DNA from: Minisyncoccota bacterium
Lineage (GTDB): Bacteria > Patescibacteriota > Minisyncoccia > Phycocordibacterales > UBA9973
DNA: 64,000 nt
Direction of reading: 5' to 3'
Assembly (NCBI GenBank): GCA_041664285.1
Contig: JBAYLA010000002.1
Coordinates: 1,349 to 65,348, forward strand
Below are positions 18,557 through 28,690 of this stretch, piece by piece (the first letter of the stretch is position 1; each line of letters begins with the position of its first letter). Position numbers and translations under genes: made by a program. The notes under the pieces are model-generated. The model had not been told where the DNA came from and searched no databases. It saw nothing but the letters and a program-made list of their open reading frames with translations.

Positions 18557-18575
18557 GATTCCCTCATTACCCGCA
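18557..18575 (+). repeat. direct repeat of the tRNA-Trp 3' end (GATTCCCTCATTACCCGCA vs GATTCCCTCATCACCCGCA in the tRNA), 131 bp downstream
   Basis: 18 of 19 nt identical, same orientation; classic appearance of an att-site duplication at a tRNA 3' end. Confidence 0.7.
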
Positions 18576-18579
18576 TTTT

Positions 18580-18939
18580 ATGAATAATAGTCAATTAAGA
18601 AAACCATTTAAAAAAAAATTAACTGAAATTCCAACAGAAGAAGCACATGGTGGAAGTGGAAAAAGACAGTTAATTCTTTCAAAAGAGGACGCTATTTCTA
18701 GGGAATTACAAGCTTTGACAAAAGGTTTTTTAGAAATTGGCGAATGTTTTGATTGGCATAACCACAAAAACATTGATGAATTTTTTTTAGTAATAAAAGG
18801 ATCTGGGATAGTTGAATTTGAAGATGACTTAAAAATCGAATATAAAAATGAAGATTTAATTTATACTCCAGCCAATATAAAACATAAAATTACCGCAAAA
18901 GAAGATAGTGAATTTTTCTTTATTAGATTGAATGGTTAA
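18580..18939 (+). CDS. cupin-domain protein
   Basis: two-His/Glu cupin motif region WHNHKNIDEFFLVIKGSG...YTPANIKHKI; 119 aa. Confidence 0.55.
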   Translation: MNNSQLRKPFKKKLTEIPTEEAHGGSGKRQLILSKEDAISRELQALTKGFLEIGECFDWHNHKNIDEFFLVIKGSGIVEFEDDLKIEYKNEDLIYTPANIKHKITAKEDSEFFFIRLNG

Positions 18940-18941
18940 TT

Positions 18942-19994
18942 ATGTATTTTATTAAAATTATTGGAAAAGTATTAGTTATTATTTTTGCTATAATTGGGCT
19001 TGTTTTTGCCGGTGTTTTTGTCGCGATGAAGCTTGGTTGGACCAACGTGAGAGGAACTATTAAAGAGCGTAATTCAGCTTATTTTCAAGATATTAGTAAT
19101 AGCCAAACTGTAAGTGGAGATGAAAATAAAGAAATAATTTTATCTTGCAAGATTCATGCACTTTTTAATTACGCACCAGATACAGCCAACAAAATAGACA
19201 CAGAATACAGAATGATCGGCAACGTAGCATTTATAGAAAAAATGCTTGAATATGCCTTGATTCGTTATAGAGATACCGCCCTTGTTTCTGATTTTAATAA
19301 TTGTAATGGGGCAACGATACTGGACAAAACTCCACTTGCGCAGACTGCATACGCCTGGGCTGATTCTGACGAATGGGGAGTTTTAAAATTTGTCTTTACT
19401 CGTGATCAAGATATTATAAAAAAGGCAGCGAAGGATGCCGGTATTTCTCCTAGAATTTTACTCGGCGGTGTTATTGGAGAACAATTAAGATTTTTCTCTA
19501 ATCGACGTGAGTCATTTAAAGCATATTTTGAACCATTGAAGATTCTTGCGACCTTATCAAGTTTCTCATATGGTATTGCTGGATTGAAGCCAGACACTGT
19601 TGCAAAAATTGATGATAATTTAAAGAACAAAAATTCTGTTTTTTATCTTGGGAGTAGTATGGAAAACGTCATTACATATCCGGAAGGTGAAAACATAGAA
19701 AAGTTACGTTTTGAAAGAATTACAGACACGAAGAATACATATTATTCTTATCTATATGTTGGGCTTTTTATGCGACAAGTTACTGCCCAATGGTTGGCGT
19801 CTGGTTATGACATTAGGAATCGTGTTGGTATACTTTCTACTCTATATAATCTTGGATTTAATCGCTCAATACCAAAGCCTGATGCTTCTCTTGGAGGGTC
19901 AAGTATTACTATAAATGATCAAGAGTATAGTTTTGGTGAGTTGGGTGAGGAGTTTTATTATTCAGGTGAGTTACTTAGAGAATTTCCATTATAA
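18942..19994 (+). CDS. hypothetical membrane-anchored protein (N-terminal TM helix, 350 aa)
   Basis: ORF with hydrophobic N-terminus MYFIKIIGKVLVIIFAIIGLVFAGVFVAM; no recognisable domain. Confidence 0.5.
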   Translation: MYFIKIIGKVLVIIFAIIGLVFAGVFVAMKLGWTNVRGTIKERNSAYFQDISNSQTVSGDENKEIILSCKIHALFNYAPDTANKIDTEYRMIGNVAFIEKMLEYALIRYRDTALVSDFNNCNGATILDKTPLAQTAYAWADSDEWGVLKFVFTRDQDIIKKAAKDAGISPRILLGGVIGEQLRFFSNRRESFKAYFEPLKILATLSSFSYGIAGLKPDTVAKIDDNLKNKNSVFYLGSSMENVITYPEGENIEKLRFERITDTKNTYYSYLYVGLFMRQVTAQWLASGYDIRNRVGILSTLYNLGFNRSIPKPDASLGGSSITINDQEYSFGELGEEFYYSGELLREFPL

Positions 19995-20022
19995 ATTTTT
20001 ATCAATAAGCAAAAATATAATC

Positions 20023-20292
20023 ATGGAAAAAGATCCAATAAAAAAAGCAGAAGAATTAGTAAGAGAAGTGCATAACACTGCTGGGAAATATACTCGACCA
20101 GTCCTTAAGCGATACCCACTTTTGTTTGCCTTCTTAATTGTTTTTAGTGCTGCAGCAATCATAGAAGGATTTAGACTTTTTGTTGATGAAATTCCTTTTT
20201 TTAGAGAGCATCCAACTTTCTTAATTTTTATTGGAGTTCTCACTTTACTTTTTACAGGTAAACTTTATGAATCTCTGGAAAAGATGAAATAA
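20023..20292 (+). CDS. small membrane protein (start chosen at MEKDPIKK; the ORF track starts earlier at 19915, overlapping the previous gene)
   Basis: two predicted TM segments; weak. Confidence 0.35.
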   Translation: MEKDPIKKAEELVREVHNTAGKYTRPVLKRYPLLFAFLIVFSAAAIIEGFRLFVDEIPFFREHPTFLIFIGVLTLLFTGKLYESLEKMK

Positions 20293-20294
20293 TT

Positions 20295-20966
20295 ATGGAA
20301 AAGAACTATAAATATTTAGGGGCTATCAGTGTTTTCTTTGTTTCTATTTTGTTGATTTCTAATGTCGCTTCAACAAAAATAGCTGATTTTGGTTGGTTCA
20401 CTTTTGATGGGGGGACTTTACTTTTCCCACTTTCTTATATTTTTGGAGATATTTTAACCGAAGTTTATGGTTATAGAAAATCTCGGAGTGTCATTTGGCT
20501 TGGATTTTTTATGGCTCTACTGATGTCCATAATATTTATTATCGTTGGCAAGCTTCCTCCTGCTTCTGGTTGGGAAAATCAATCTGCCTATGATGCTATT
20601 TTAGGATTAACTCCACGAATAGTTTTTGCCAGTTTGATTGCTTATATTTGTGGAGAATTTTCTAACTCCTACATTTTAGCTAAAATGAAAATATGGACCA
20701 AGGGAAAATGGCTCTGGACTAGAACAATAGGCTCTACTTTAGTTGGTGAATTAGTAGACAGCATCCTTTTTATTATGATAGCTTTTTGGGGTATCTTGCC
20801 AAATTCTTTACTTCTTATACTTGTAATTTCAAATTATATTTTTAAAACTGGAGTTGAGATATTGTTTACACCCATAACATATAGAATTATAAAATTTTTG
20901 AAAAGGGAAGAGGGGGAAGATTATTATGATATCAATACCAACTTTAATCCTTTTAAAACAGAGTAA
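20295..20966 (+). CDS. YhhQ/DUF165-family membrane protein (queuosine-precursor transporter family)
   Basis: multi-TM protein with FPLSYIFGDILTEVYGY motif characteristic of COG1738/YhhQ. Confidence 0.55.
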   Translation: MEKNYKYLGAISVFFVSILLISNVASTKIADFGWFTFDGGTLLFPLSYIFGDILTEVYGYRKSRSVIWLGFFMALLMSIIFIIVGKLPPASGWENQSAYDAILGLTPRIVFASLIAYICGEFSNSYILAKMKIWTKGKWLWTRTIGSTLVGELVDSILFIMIAFWGILPNSLLLILVISNYIFKTGVEILFTPITYRIIKFLKREEGEDYYDINTNFNPFKTE

Positions 20967-20978
20967 GTATTTTATAAT

Positions 20979-21320
20979 TTATTCTTCCTTCTCAAATATT
21001 TCTAAAGCCCAGCTGATGATTGCGAGCACAATACCGAACAAAAGAGCCCACCAGAAATTATCTACTGTAAATCCAGGTACGATATAACTTGCCAACATTA
21101 CAAGTAAACCATTGATAACTAATACAAAAACCCCAAGCGTTAAGATTGTAATAGGCAAAGTAAGGAATATAAGTATTGGACGCAAAATTGTATTAATAAT
21201 TCCTAGGACTAGTGCTAAAACAAGAGCTGCTACTATGCCACTTACGTGCACTCCTGGTAAAATATAAGCAGTTATTAATATTGCTAAAACCGAAATAACA
21301 AAATGTAATATTGTTTTCAT
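20979..21320 (-). CDS. phage-holin-like 4-TM membrane protein (Phage_holin_4_2 / YvlD-like family)
   Basis: 113 aa; pattern ...ILRPILIFLTLPITILTLGVFVLVINGLLVMLASYIVPGFTVDNFWWALLFGIV matches the conserved core of this family. Confidence 0.6.
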   Translation of the reverse strand: MKTILHFVISVLAILITAYILPGVHVSGIVAALVLALVLGIINTILRPILIFLTLPITILTLGVFVLVINGLLVMLASYIVPGFTVDNFWWALLFGIVLAIISWALEIFEKEE

Positions 21321-22210
21321 AATGTTTTAATTATATCATTAAGCTTCATTTTTGACGAATCAAACCATTTAATATCTTTATCTCTTTTAAACCACGTAAT
21401 TTGACGTTTGGCGTATTTATAAATTTCAGAATTTAATCTTTTTAACATCTCCTGTTTAGTAATTTTATTTTGCAAATATAAAGCCATAAATCTATATTCT
21501 AACCCAAGTTCTTCCATTCTTGAGTAAGATAAACCCTGCCCATGAAGTCTTTTAGCTTCATTTAACATGCCAGCCCTTATTCTTACTAATAGTCTTTTTT
21601 CTATTTTCTTTTTTAATAAATCTTCCGGTAAATATAATCCAATTTTTATGAATTTATATGGGGGAGGTGTTGTCTTCACTACTGGAACTTTCCCTAAAAC
21701 CTTTAATATTTCAATAGCTCGAATTAGCCTTACTTTATTATTTTTATCAATATTGTTTGCTCGTCTTAAGTCAAGTTTTTTTAATATCTGGAAAAGTTCT
21801 TTAACTGATTTTTTTTCTAAAACTTTTCTTAGTTTCAAATTTGGTGGAACTTCAGGGAAAATTATGCCTTTTGTTACAGCATCAATATAAAATCCTGTTC
21901 CTCCGCAAATGATAGGAGTTTTATTCCTTTTTACAATATCAGCCATGGCTGATATTGCTAATTTTTGATATTCAACAACAGTAAACTTTTTTTTAGGATT
22001 TGCTACATCGAGTAAATGGTGGGGAACACCCCGCATTTCTTTTTTGGTAATTTTTCCTGTACCTATATCTAATCCTTTGTAAACTTGTCTAGAATCAGCA
22101 GAAATGATCTCACCACTAATTTTCTTAGCGATCTTGACCGATAAATCACTCTTTCCAGCCGAAGTTTGGCCTAAAATCACAATAATTTTAGGTTGATTAT
22201 TTTTCACCAT
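21317..22210 (-). CDS. miaA: tRNA dimethylallyltransferase
   Basis: P-loop GQTSAGKS, ISADSRQVYKGLDIGTGK, typical MiaA length. Confidence 0.9.
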   Translation of the reverse strand: MVKNNQPKIIVILGQTSAGKSDLSVKIAKKISGEIISADSRQVYKGLDIGTGKITKKEMRGVPHHLLDVANPKKKFTVVEYQKLAISAMADIVKRNKTPIICGGTGFYIDAVTKGIIFPEVPPNLKLRKVLEKKSVKELFQILKKLDLRRANNIDKNNKVRLIRAIEILKVLGKVPVVKTTPPPYKFIKIGLYLPEDLLKKKIEKRLLVRIRAGMLNEAKRLHGQGLSYSRMEELGLEYRFMALYLQNKITKQEMLKRLNSEIYKYAKRQITWFKRDKDIKWFDSSKMKLNDIIKTL

Positions 22211-22217
22211 AAGTTTA

Positions 22218-23549
22218 TTATTTCAAAATTTTAATATCTGCACCGATAGAATTTAATCGCTCAGCTATTTCTTCGTAGCCACGATTTATCATATATACAT
22301 TACGAAGAATAGAAGTTCCTCCTGCTGCCAACATAGAAATAAATATAACCATTGAAGGGCGGAGAGCAGGCGGACAGACTACTTGAGCAGCTTTTAAGGG
22401 TGTTCCACCCTGAATATAAACTCGATGTGGATCTGCCAGAGTAATGTTTGCTCCTAAACGATTTAATTCTGTGAAATAGATTGCCCGATTTTCATAAACC
22501 CAATCATGAATCATTGTTTGACCTTTTGCCTTTATTGCTATTGGTACAAAAAATGGAAGATTGTCGATGTTTATTCCCGGGTAAGGATTGGAATGGATCT
22601 TATCTTTTAGAGCTCTTAATTTACTTGGAAAAATTTCAATATCAGCAAGTCTGGTACGGCCATTATAGGAATAATATTTCTTTGAAATTTTATATTTTAA
22701 ATTCATTCTTTTTAATTTTTCAAGTTCCAGTGAAAGAAAATCAATTGGACATCGAGTTACTGTCAGTTTCGAGTCTGTGACGATACAAGCCGATATAAAC
22801 ATCATAGACTCAATCGGATCTTCGCTATTCCAATATTCAATATCTTTATTTATTTCCTTGATTCCATGAACAGTTAAAGTAGCTGTTCCAATACCATCAA
22901 TTTTTACACCTAAAGTTTCAAGGAAGAAACATACTTCTTGAACCATGTAGTTGGCACTTGCAAAACTTATGGTAGTGGTACCATTTATTAAAGCAGCAGC
23001 GGTTAAGACATTTTCACAAGCTGTATCCCCAGATTCATACATCACTATTTCTGCAGATTTTAATTTTTTTGCGTTGATTTCGTAAACCTTTGGTGTTGTT
23101 TTTATTTTTACCCCAAGCTCTTCTAGGGCATAAGTGTGAGCAGCAATTGTACGTTTACCTAAAATACAGCCTTGTGCATGAGGAAGAGGAAAGTTAGTTA
23201 ATTTATGTATTAGGGGCCCAATCAACATAACAATCGAACGTGTTTTAATAGCTGATTCTGTATTAATGTTTTTTATTTGAAACACCTTAGGAGGTGTAAT
23301 TTTTATTGTATTGCGATCCAACCAATGTACTTTTACTCCAATGCTTTCAAGAATTTCAATCACTCTATTTACTTCTTCAATATGGGCAATGCCATGCAGG
23401 GTCGTTGTTCCACTATTGAGGAGAGAAGCACAAAGCAGTCCAACAGAACCATTTTTCGAAAAATTGGTTTTAATTTTTCCACTTAACTTTTTTCCACCAT
23501 TTACTTGGAAATCAATTGAGTTACTTAATTGTATTTTCTCTTTTTTCAT
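22218..23549 (-). CDS. murA: UDP-N-acetylglucosamine 1-carboxyvinyltransferase (EPSP-synthase fold)
   Basis: 443 aa, repeated beta-alpha-beta-alpha-beta-beta units, C-terminal ...AAGGTSILRNVYMINRGYEEIAERLNSIGADIKIL like MurA. Confidence 0.75.
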   Translation of the reverse strand: MKKEKIQLSNSIDFQVNGGKKLSGKIKTNFSKNGSVGLLCASLLNSGTTTLHGIAHIEEVNRVIEILESIGVKVHWLDRNTIKITPPKVFQIKNINTESAIKTRSIVMLIGPLIHKLTNFPLPHAQGCILGKRTIAAHTYALEELGVKIKTTPKVYEINAKKLKSAEIVMYESGDTACENVLTAAALINGTTTISFASANYMVQEVCFFLETLGVKIDGIGTATLTVHGIKEINKDIEYWNSEDPIESMMFISACIVTDSKLTVTRCPIDFLSLELEKLKRMNLKYKISKKYYSYNGRTRLADIEIFPSKLRALKDKIHSNPYPGINIDNLPFFVPIAIKAKGQTMIHDWVYENRAIYFTELNRLGANITLADPHRVYIQGGTPLKAAQVVCPPALRPSMVIFISMLAAGGTSILRNVYMINRGYEEIAERLNSIGADIKILK

Positions 23550-23559
23550 TTTTTCTATG

Positions 23560-23641
23560 TGCCGGAGGAGAGAATCGAACTCTCACCCCTTGCGAGACAC
23601 GATTTTGAGTCGTGCGCGTCTACCAATTCCGCCACTCCGGC
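23560..23641 (-). tRNA. trnL: tRNA-Leu (anticodon CAA), type II with long variable arm
   Basis: reverse complement folds: acceptor GCCGGAG/CTCCGGC, anticodon loop CTCAAAA, variable arm TCTCGCAAGGGGT, T-arm GAGAG-TTCGATT-CTCTC. Confidence 0.85.
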
Positions 23642-23722
23642 CTGCTTCGCTAATCAAGGCGAGCAATTAACACATTCTACACACTTTTACGCTCAAAATC
23701 AATTTTTGAAAATAAAAATTTT

Positions 23723-24736
23723 ATGTTAAAATGGAGCATGTCTAATTTATATTCTAATTCAATTTTTTGGATTGATACCGACAAAATAAAACCAAATCCT
23801 TTTCAACCTAGGAGAGATTTTGACGAAGCTCGTTTACAAGATTTATCTGATTCCATAAAACAATACGGAGTGCTTCAGCCACTCATTGTTTCTCGGGTAG
23901 AAATGGAAAAAGAAGACGGTGGAGGATTAGTGACAGAATATGAACTAATAGCAGGGGAGCGCAGGTTACGAGCTGCTAAGCTTGCGATGGTGTCGCAAGT
24001 ACCAGTTGTAATTCGCACAGGAGATACAGCCATCATGAAGCTTGAGCTTGCCATTATTGAGAATTTACAACGTGAAGATCTAAATGTTGTTGATCGTGCC
24101 AGAGCCTTTTTTAGATTAGTGAGTGAATTTAAATTCACTCATATTGAAATTGCCAAAAAAATGGGTCGCAGTAGGGAATATGTTTCTAATACTTTACGTA
24201 TTTTGTCTTTACCTGAAGAAATATTGAATGGCTTATCAGAAGGGAAAATTACCGAAGGGCACACTCGCCCGATTTTAATGCTAGCAGACCATCCAGAAGA
24301 ACAAATGGTTTTGTTTAAAGAGATTGTATATAAAAAGATAACGGTTCGCGAAGCAGAAAGATTAGCTCGAAAAATAGCATATGATCGCGTACGCAAGAAA
24401 GAATTTATGCCTGATCCAGAAATTACTGAACTAGAAGAGGAATTTCAAGAAAAATTAGGTACTCGTGTCCACATAGACAGAAAGGAATTAGGTGGACAGA
24501 TTAAAATTGATTTCTTTTCCACTGAAGACCTACGGACTATCTTAGACTTAATTCATAAGGGAGAAAATGAAAAAAAGCCGGAAGAGATGATGGAAAATTA
24601 CATTACTCAAAATAATTTAGCTGAAGCAGACGGCCCTGATCTAATGCCTGAAAGTATGCCTATTGACGACAGAACAAAAGAGGAAACACAAAAAGACGAT
24701 ACAGATTTATATAATATTTCTAACTTTAGTCTTTAG
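23723..24736 (+). CDS. parB: chromosome partitioning protein ParB/Spo0J
   Basis: ParB box LQPLIVSR...YELIAGERRLRAAKLA and HTH region; acidic C-terminal tail. Confidence 0.85.
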   Translation: MLKWSMSNLYSNSIFWIDTDKIKPNPFQPRRDFDEARLQDLSDSIKQYGVLQPLIVSRVEMEKEDGGGLVTEYELIAGERRLRAAKLAMVSQVPVVIRTGDTAIMKLELAIIENLQREDLNVVDRARAFFRLVSEFKFTHIEIAKKMGRSREYVSNTLRILSLPEEILNGLSEGKITEGHTRPILMLADHPEEQMVLFKEIVYKKITVREAERLARKIAYDRVRKKEFMPDPEITELEEEFQEKLGTRVHIDRKELGGQIKIDFFSTEDLRTILDLIHKGENEKKPEEMMENYITQNNLAEADGPDLMPESMPIDDRTKEETQKDDTDLYNISNFSL

Positions 24737-24748
24737 GTTATATAAAAA

Positions 24749-26218
24749 TTAGTTTTGTCCAAAAGATTTAAGCTTAGATAGCAAGCTATGTTTTTCTAGA
24801 TATGATCTTATGTGTTTTTTTGCGACAGAGGTTTTTATATATTCAAGCCATTTATTAGAAGGCTTAGAGTCTTTCTTTGTTATTATTTCAACGATATCTC
24901 CATTTTTTAACTTTGTAAAAATTTGAGACATTTTACCATTTATTTTAGCTCCAAAAATATGATCTCCAATATCTGAATGTATTGAATAAGCGAAATCTAT
25001 TGGATTCGAATCTTCAGGCAAATCTATAACGTCTCCTTTGGGTGTAAAAATAAAAATACGATTATTGAAAAAATCCATTTTAAGGTGGTCAATAAACTTT
25101 TTTGGGTCATCATCATCTGAATATTTTAATTCTTTTAATTCATTAATCCATTTTAATTTATTTTTATCATTCTTCCCTTTATTATTATTTTCTTTATAAG
25201 CAAAATGTGCGGCAATACCATAAGCTGCCTCAGCATGCATGTCTTTTGTTCGTATTTGAATTTCAGCTACTCCACCTAAGCCAGTAAAAACAGTTGTGTG
25301 GATAGAACGATAACCGTTTGGTTTAGGGATAGCAATATAATCTTTGATTCTGCCAGGCAATGGATTCCATAGAGAATGAACCAATCCCAAAACCCTATAA
25401 CATTCTTCTATGGTATTAACGACAACACGAAGAGCTACAATGTCATAGATTTTTTCTATGTCCATGTTATATCTTAAAAGTTTTTTATAGAGACTATATT
25501 TGTGTTTTATTCGGTAATCAATTTCAACAAATTTTATTTTATTTTTTTCTAATTCTTTTTTTAATTTTACATTTACTTCTGTTAAATATTTTTTAAAAAG
25601 TTCTTTTTTTTCTTTTAATATTTCCTCTATTTCTTTATATTCTTTTGGATAAGCATACGAGAAAGCAGCATCTTCTAATTCACCTTTAAGTTTTCCCATT
25701 CCTAGACGGCTAGCGAGCGGGGCATAGATTTCGATTGATTCTAATGCGATTCTACGTCTCTTATTTTCAGGAATGAATTCTAATGTTCTTAAATTATGAA
25801 GTCTATCAGCAAATTTTATAATAACTACTCGCAAATCATTTGCCATTGCAACAAAAAATTTACGTAAAGATTCCACGTGTCTTTCGTGCCCTCTATATTT
25901 TAAGGTTCCTAATTTTGTAACACCTTTTATTAAAAATAAAATATCATCACCGAAATTTTTCTGTATTTCTTCTTCTTTGGTTGATGTATCTTCCAGAACA
26001 TCATGCAATAGTCCTGCAACAATAGTCTGTGTATCCATTCCCAGGCTTGCTAAAATTTTTGCTGTCTCAAAAGGATGGATAAAATATGGCTCCCCACTCA
26101 TTCTTTTTTGACCGGCATGAGCCTTTTCGGCAAAATCATAAGCTTTTTTAAGGAGTTCTGCTTCTTCTCTTTTTATACCTCCCCCCATAAGGTCAATTAT
26201 TTCTTTTATTCTTGCCAT
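24749..26218 (-). CDS. bifunctional (p)ppGpp synthetase/hydrolase, short Rel/SpoT form with TGS domain
   Basis: HD hydrolase motif HDVLEDT, synthetase RIKDYIAIPKPNGYRSIHTTV, C-terminal TGS-like FTPKGDVIDLPEDSNPIDFAYSIHSDIG. Confidence 0.85.
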   Translation of the reverse strand: MARIKEIIDLMGGGIKREEAELLKKAYDFAEKAHAGQKRMSGEPYFIHPFETAKILASLGMDTQTIVAGLLHDVLEDTSTKEEEIQKNFGDDILFLIKGVTKLGTLKYRGHERHVESLRKFFVAMANDLRVVIIKFADRLHNLRTLEFIPENKRRRIALESIEIYAPLASRLGMGKLKGELEDAAFSYAYPKEYKEIEEILKEKKELFKKYLTEVNVKLKKELEKNKIKFVEIDYRIKHKYSLYKKLLRYNMDIEKIYDIVALRVVVNTIEECYRVLGLVHSLWNPLPGRIKDYIAIPKPNGYRSIHTTVFTGLGGVAEIQIRTKDMHAEAAYGIAAHFAYKENNNKGKNDKNKLKWINELKELKYSDDDDPKKFIDHLKMDFFNNRIFIFTPKGDVIDLPEDSNPIDFAYSIHSDIGDHIFGAKINGKMSQIFTKLKNGDIVEIITKKDSKPSNKWLEYIKTSVAKKHIRSYLEKHSLLSKLKSFGQN

Positions 26219-26261
26219 AGTATGAAGTATAGCATTTATTAAAAGCTTCGAAAATGTTATT

Positions 26262-28478
26262 TTAAGCCTCTATCTTTGGTATTTTATGAGGATTGTGCAT
26301 TTTACAAGTTTTATTAGAACATCTTTCAGGGATAGTTTTTGTGCCTTCCATCATTAAACTTCCGCATTCTTTACATATATTTCCAGTAGGTTTAGCCTTG
26401 ATGGCAAATTTACAATCTGGATAATTTGAACAAGAATAAAAAATTCCAAATCTTCCACGTCGTTCTGAAATATCTCCTTTTTTACAAACAGGGCAAATAA
26501 CCCCTGTACGCTTTCTTGCTTCCTCTTCTTCGTCTTTTTTTATAAATTTACATTTTGGATAACGAGAACAAGAAATAAATGTACCTGTACCATCACGTCT
26601 TTCTTTAATGATAAGTTTACCTCCACCAGACTTTCTCTTTTTTTCTCCACATTGGGGACATAGTTCGCCAGTCTCTTTGGGGCCTTTTAATTCGGTACCA
26701 TCCAACATTAAGGCTCCATCGCAGTCAGGATATTTAGAACAAGAATAAAATTTACCCCCTCGAGAAAGTTTAATGATCATAGAACTACCACATTTCGGAC
26801 ACTTTATATTTTCTGGTGCATCACCTAAATTTGTTGCTTTCTCTAGTTTTTCTTTTGATTTTACATCTTTTGAAAAAGGTGTATAAAAATCTTTTAATGT
26901 CTTTTCATATTCACGCTCGCCTCTAGATATTTCATCTAGTTCATCTTCCATTAAAGCAGTAAATGTGTCGGAAATATAATTAGCGAAATGTTTTTCTAGA
27001 AAATCTGAAACAACTTCACCAACATCAGTCGGGAATAATGTTTTACCTTCTTTTTTTACATAACCTCTGTCGTCAATTGTTCTCATAATAGATGCATAGG
27101 TAGAAGGTCGTCCTATTCCTCTTGCTTCAAGTTCTTTAATTAATCCTGCTTCAGAATATCTACTTGGTGGTTCGGTAAACTTTTCTTCTCCACTCAAGCC
27201 GAGCAGTTTTAATTTTTCTCCTTCCTGACACAAAGGAAGTTCTACGTCTTCGCCTCGAGCGCCGGTATCTACGGCTAGCCATCCAGGGAAAAGTAAACGA
27301 GATCCAGTTGCTCCAAAATCAGGGATATCATCATGACCTTCCACCACAGCTGTAATTTTTGTTTTAAGTAATTTTGCTTCTGTCATTTGAGAAGATACAG
27401 CTCTTTCCCAAATAAGTCTATAAAGCTTACTTTGATCTTCGGTACCGGCATGCAATTTTTCTATATGAGTTGGACGAATAGCTTCGTGCGCTTCTTGGGC
27501 ATTTTTTGATTTAGTTTTATAAACTCTGGCTTGGGCATATTTATCTCCATATTCTTTCTTAATAAAAGATAAAATTTGATTTACTGCAGCCCCTCCAAGA
27601 TTCGTGCTGTCTGTTCTCATATAGGTGATATGTCCAGCTTCATAAAGTTTCTGAGCAATTTGCATTGTACGTGAAGGGGAATATCCAAGTCTAGAAGAAG
27701 CTGTTTGCTGTAAGGTAGAAGTGGTAAAGGGTGCTCTAGGAGAGCGTTTCTGTTCAGATTCTTTTACACTTTTTACTATCCAAGAACCCTTTTTCCCTTC
27801 AATCATTATTTTTTCAAATAATTTTTCATCTCTTGGTTCTTCAGAACACGTTAAAGTAATTTTTTCTTTTTTTTGTGTTTCAAATAATCCTAATATTTTC
27901 CAAAATTTTTCAGGTACGAAAGCGCGAATTTCACGTTCACGTTCCATTATTATACGAAGTGCAGGGGATTGAACACGACCAGCCGAGAGTCCATATCTTA
28001 CTTTTTTCCAAATTAAACCCGAGAGATCATAACCAACTAATCTATCAAGAACCCTGCGTGCTTCTTGAGCTTTACGTAGTGCTGTATCAATTTTACGTGG
28101 ATGTTGCAATGCTTCTTCTACTGCTTCTTTTGTAATTTCATAAAAAGCTACTCTTTTTATTGGTGCCTTAACTTTCTTGTCTTGATTTAGAAGTGTCTCA
28201 ATGTGCCAAGCAATAGCTTCTCCCTCACGGTCTGGGTCTGTGGCGAGAAGTATTTCATTTGCTTTTTCCGCTAGTCCTTGAAGTTCGTGAACAATTTTTT
28301 CTTTACCTTTTGAGATTTCATAATGTGGAATAAATCCGCCCTCTATATCTATGGCTTGTTTGTTTGATTTTGGTAAGTCACGAATATGTCCAACAGAAGC
28401 GCGTACAGTAAATTTGCCTTCAAGATATTTCTCAATAGTTTTTGCTTTGGATGGCGATTCAACAATTAATAATTTCAT
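26262..28478 (-). CDS. topA: DNA topoisomerase I with C-terminal zinc ribbons
   Basis: TOPRIM start MKLLIVESPSKAKTIEKYLEGKFTVRASVGHIRDLP, catalytic Tyr region, multiple C4 ribbons at the C-terminus. Confidence 0.9.
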   Translation of the reverse strand: MKLLIVESPSKAKTIEKYLEGKFTVRASVGHIRDLPKSNKQAIDIEGGFIPHYEISKGKEKIVHELQGLAEKANEILLATDPDREGEAIAWHIETLLNQDKKVKAPIKRVAFYEITKEAVEEALQHPRKIDTALRKAQEARRVLDRLVGYDLSGLIWKKVRYGLSAGRVQSPALRIIMEREREIRAFVPEKFWKILGLFETQKKEKITLTCSEEPRDEKLFEKIMIEGKKGSWIVKSVKESEQKRSPRAPFTTSTLQQTASSRLGYSPSRTMQIAQKLYEAGHITYMRTDSTNLGGAAVNQILSFIKKEYGDKYAQARVYKTKSKNAQEAHEAIRPTHIEKLHAGTEDQSKLYRLIWERAVSSQMTEAKLLKTKITAVVEGHDDIPDFGATGSRLLFPGWLAVDTGARGEDVELPLCQEGEKLKLLGLSGEEKFTEPPSRYSEAGLIKELEARGIGRPSTYASIMRTIDDRGYVKKEGKTLFPTDVGEVVSDFLEKHFANYISDTFTALMEDELDEISRGEREYEKTLKDFYTPFSKDVKSKEKLEKATNLGDAPENIKCPKCGSSMIIKLSRGGKFYSCSKYPDCDGALMLDGTELKGPKETGELCPQCGEKKRKSGGGKLIIKERRDGTGTFISCSRYPKCKFIKKDEEEEARKRTGVICPVCKKGDISERRGRFGIFYSCSNYPDCKFAIKAKPTGNICKECGSLMMEGTKTIPERCSNKTCKMHNPHKIPKIEA

Positions 28479-28552
28479 ATGAATTAGGTTATAGGTTTTA
28501 GTTTCTAGAATTTTTACTAGTCCCTAGCAACTAGTCACTAACACCTAACCTT
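28479..28552 (-). promoter_or_regulatory. CTAG-rich leader element immediately 5' of the topA ATG, homologous to the atpD-atpC spacer element
   Basis: on the - strand it reads TTAGGTGTTAGTGACTAGTTGCTAGGGACTAGTAAAAATTCTAGAAACTAAAACCTATAACCTAATTC-AT-ATG, versus TTAGGTGCTAGTGACTAGGGACTAGTAAGCTAGAACC(TAGAACC)3TAAC-ATT-ATG for atpC. Confidence 0.6.
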
Positions 28553-28587
28553 GAGTATTACACAAAATTGAATTCTTTTGCAAATAT

Positions 28588-28615
28588 TTGCATAAAAAAT
28601 GGTGTTTAGTATAAT
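28588..28615 (+). promoter_or_regulatory. sigma70-like promoter TTGCAT-N16-TATAAT for the divergent hypothetical gene
   Basis: hexamers and spacing seen directly. Confidence 0.45.
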
Positions 28616-28690
28616 GTAGTAGATATATGAAAAAGGAAGTTAGAAATAAAAAAATAGCTAATTAAATTTTATTATTAGTACACAATAAAT

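Noticed and set aside
23311-23729. Two + strand ORFs (23311..23670, 23529..23729) spanning the murA start and tRNA-Leu
   Set aside because: They run through a well-formed tRNA-Leu(CAA) gene on the - strand and the murA N-terminus; spurious
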